64,000 nucleotides of DNA. Source: Vicugna vicugna. Its lineage: Eukaryota. The notes beneath the pieces are model-generated. The model had not been told where the DNA came from. It searched no databases and saw only the letters and a program-made list of their open reading frames with translations. Below, piece after piece: positions 60,919 through 64,000 of this stretch. The position numbers and the translations under genes are program-made. Location of the stretch: assembly GCA_013265495.1 (NCBI GenBank), contig MU060667.1:372001-436000 (forward strand). The letters run 5' to 3'. The first letter of the stretch is position 1. Each line of letters begins with the position of its first letter.

Positions 60919-63363
60919 TCTAAGTGCTCTTTCTTATCCAACCTCTTTCATACAACAGTATCAGCTTGTGGATGGATGAGATTTCTCCACGCTGTTGTGT
61001 GTGGCAGTAACTGCCTCCTTTTTTATTGCTGTCGGATATTCCATTGGGTGACTTTGCCATAGGAAGGGGGGTTAAAGGACGCCTGTGCTCCCAGGACATG
61101 TTGTAACCAGGATTGCTTTAAAATGCCCCTTGGTTGGGCAATTGCCAAGCAGAGGCCTGGATGGCTGTCCCGAGACTCTTGGCATGATGCCTGGGCCTTT
61201 GGCTGGTTCTCCAGGGCCGCCTGGTGAGGCTGTCGATGGGGTGGGGAGGATGCTGGGAGTGGCAGGGAAAGGCAGCCTGGCCATACGCAGATGGCTCTCC
61301 AACACCGAGGTCCTTCAGTTCTGGAGTTGCTTGAGCCTCAAGGAAACTGTTGCCTTCAACACACATGCATGCACCTCCCCCCGACCAATCTGACTGCCTT
61401 GGATATGCTCTCCCTTCCCCCATCATATATACATAACTATGGAAAGGTAGGAGGGCCTGCCCTAGACCGGGCTCCCTGCACCCCTCGGCCACAGGCTCTC
61501 CTGCCAGGGCTCCAGGTTGCTCCTTACAGCCACCCTCCACCAATCAGGGTTCTGGGTCAAACAGTGGCCTCTGTGTGACCTCTGGACAAACAGTGGTCTA
61601 GAAACAGTCTGATAATATCACTGGGCAACTCTTCACATGCCGAAGTTTCCACCCTGTCCAGACCTTCCCTGAGCCCGTTTCCTCATCGTAAAGGGTCTGC
61701 TAGTGCCAACCTCCAGGGCTGTGCTGAAGGGTAAATCAGGTGATGTGCAGAACAAGCAGGGGCCTTACTGCGCCCCTGAATCTCTGGATACCTGCCTGGA
61801 AGAACCTCTTCCTGGGCCCCCTGCTCACCCATCCTCCCTTGCATGGTGTCCAGGTGAGTTGGGCTGGAAGGGCTGCCTGTCAACAGCTGTAGCAGCCTCT
61901 GCTGCACACGGCCAGGCCCAGCTGACTTCATGCCTGTGACTGGCTATTCCTGGACTTGCGATGCCTGAGTTCTTCCTTTCTGCCTCTCAGACCTGCTCAG
62001 ACCCCGTAGGTCCTCCTCCTCCAGGGAGACGCAGGCTGTCCTGGCTGCAGGGTCAGTGGGTCAGAGACTTGTTTCCATAGCTACAGGAGCACTGAGGGCA
62101 GGGGTGATCGCCTGTGAATCTCTGAGCATCCCCAGTACCAACCGGCTCCCTAGAAAAGCCACAGCCACCAACTGAAGAAGTCTCAGCTGAGCCTCTGCCA
62201 CACTGCCTCACGCCCGGGAGCGACCACGCCCGGCCCTTGCCAACCCTCCAACTATGGCTGACAAATCCGGGAAGCCCTTTTACTGCTGGGCCACCGGGAG
62301 AAACACCTCTCTGAGGCTGTGGAGGAGGACAGAGGAGGCCCCAGAATCCTCGGGCGGGAAAGGGATTCTGGGGTTTTCTCTCCTAATCCCTCATCTCTGG
62401 ATGAGGGAGTCTGGGTACAAGGACAGAGACCTAGGCTGGACCAGGGCCTGGGGCAGAGAGGTGGAATAAGGGTGCATACAGGGCACCTTGGGCTGGGACC
62501 CTGTGTGTGCACGTACAAGCCAGTGCACGGCTTAACCTGTGCAAGGCTCAGAATCTCCATCAACGACCTGAGTATAAAAATGGGCCCCCGCCGGCACCAG
62601 GGGATGACATCGTGATCCAATGGGATGGCAGACGCTGAGGTGACCTGGGCAGTCTGAAGTGCCCTACAATTGTAGCTCTTGTTTAACCACATACTGTTTT
62701 CAACAAGAAGGGTCAAGCATTTGTAGGAAAGCTACCAGTTGGAAGAAAAAGTTGAGTACTCAGAATATTCTTTTCTTTGAACATTTGTGTCAGCTAGTGT
62801 TTGTTTTTCACTGTATGTTTATTTTGTTGGGTTCGGAGGACTGGGGCTTTTAGATCTTTTAGCAAACAGGGCAATGGTGGGTATACACATGGTGCTCTGC
62901 AGATGCTTTGCGGGACACTGGCTCACTCTGCTCCACAGAGGGGCCTGGGAGCACGGCTGGCATCCAGGCCAGCAGGTGACCTACTCAGACAATGCCACCT
63001 TTCTCCTGTGGCAGGAAAGATCCCAGCTCACAAGTCTCGAGGCCCAAGGGAGCCCGACCGCGACCTGCCTCACAGGGCCCGGCGGGACAGGGCCACTCCC
63101 CAGCCTGCGCCTGGGCTGTGCTGCAAACGCAACCAGCCATCCGAACAAGCACCCCAGGAGACGACAGACACCTCCTGGCCTGTCAGGGACGCTGTGTGTC
63201 CCTCTGGGGTGGTATTTGGATAAGTGCCTGCTTCTGAATTCTGGAGCGACTCCTAACCCAGTGACAGCCACCACTTAGTGACATTTAGACTCACTGTTGC
63301 AGTAACAGCTACCACTGTCCTCCGAGAGGCAAAGCCAGCTGTGCAGGTAAGAAAACTAGGCTT

Positions 63364-63683
63364 TGCAGCAACACGGAGATGGTCATTCTAAGTGAAGCCA
63401 GAAAGAGAAAGAAAAATACCATGTGACATCACTTATATCTAAACAAAAAGACACAAATGAACTTATTTACAAAACAGAAACAGACTCACAGACATAGAAA
63501 ATAAACTTACAGTTACTAGGCGGGGGAAGGGGGTGGGTGATATCTTGTAGTAACCTATAACGAAAAAGAATATGAAAAGGAATATATGTCTGTATGTGTA
63601 TGACTGAAACATGATGCTGTTCACCAGAAATTGATACAACATTGTAACCTGACTACACTTCAATTAAAAAGAAGATTAAAAAA
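63364..63683 (+). mobile_element. 5'-truncated young L1 3' end with a perfect 15-bp TSD, inserted into a MIR
   Basis: TSD aagaaaactaggctt at 63349-63363 and 63684-63698. The MIR core resumes afterwards (agaggttagtgacttgcccaagg...ggattcaaaccc). Confidence 0.92.
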
Positions 63684-64000
63684 AAGAAAACTAGGCTTGG
63701 AGAGGTTAGTGACTTGCCCAAGGGCAGGATTCAAACCCCGGCCCAAAAGAGCCCTGACGTGAGGCTTTTCTGGGCACCCAGGGTCCTTCAGAGAGGTGGG
63801 GAGAGGCAGGACCAGGAAGACGGTCTCACCACCAATAGCGTCACACTCCCCAGTTTAGGTGGCTCTGAGGATTGAACTTCCTGACGGCCTGCCGCCTACC
63901 TAGCCTCCCATGTCCGAAGGGCAGCCCCAGTTCAGCCCACACGGCCCCACACTCCCCATCTCCTGCAGGGACAAGCTCGGCGGGTGCCCACCACCCAGAC

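Noticed and set aside
1-64000. CRISPR arrays, operons or other prokaryote-type systems
   Set aside because: The window is clearly mammalian (spliced GLI2, SINE/LINE/LTR content). I saw no regularly interspaced repeats.

Overview
Mammalian genomic DNA, most likely a camelid (inferred from vic-1-like tRNA-derived SINEs and the young L1 3' ends). The right part (~37.1-60.2 kb, minus strand) holds the last nine coding exons of GLI2, the Hedgehog-pathway C2H2 zinc-finger transcription factor. They encode the SYGH SUFU-binding motif, five zinc fingers, the PKA/betaTrCP cluster and the C-terminal activation domain. All have canonical GT-AG junctions that splice in frame (4058 nt including the stop), followed by a ~1.8 kb 3'UTR. 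The 5' exons lie beyond the right edge. The left ~37 kb is gene-free downstream intergenic DNA rich in L1, L2/MIR, MaLR/ERV LTRs, DNA transposons and SINEs. Five short N-runs are present, one inside the last GLI2 exon. I found no new gene system. The most notable observations are: a near-perfect 489-bp tandem duplication of a HOX/CDX-motif-dense element; a perfect 41-bp direct repeat bracketing the ZF5 exon; an alternative GLI2 acceptor read in a different frame from the human insert; a 6-nt-shorter exon start with a NAGNAG; an exonic CTCF consensus; and paired Pumilio elements before the poly(A) signal. Repeat family names and human GLI2 comparisons come from recalled sequences, not database searches.
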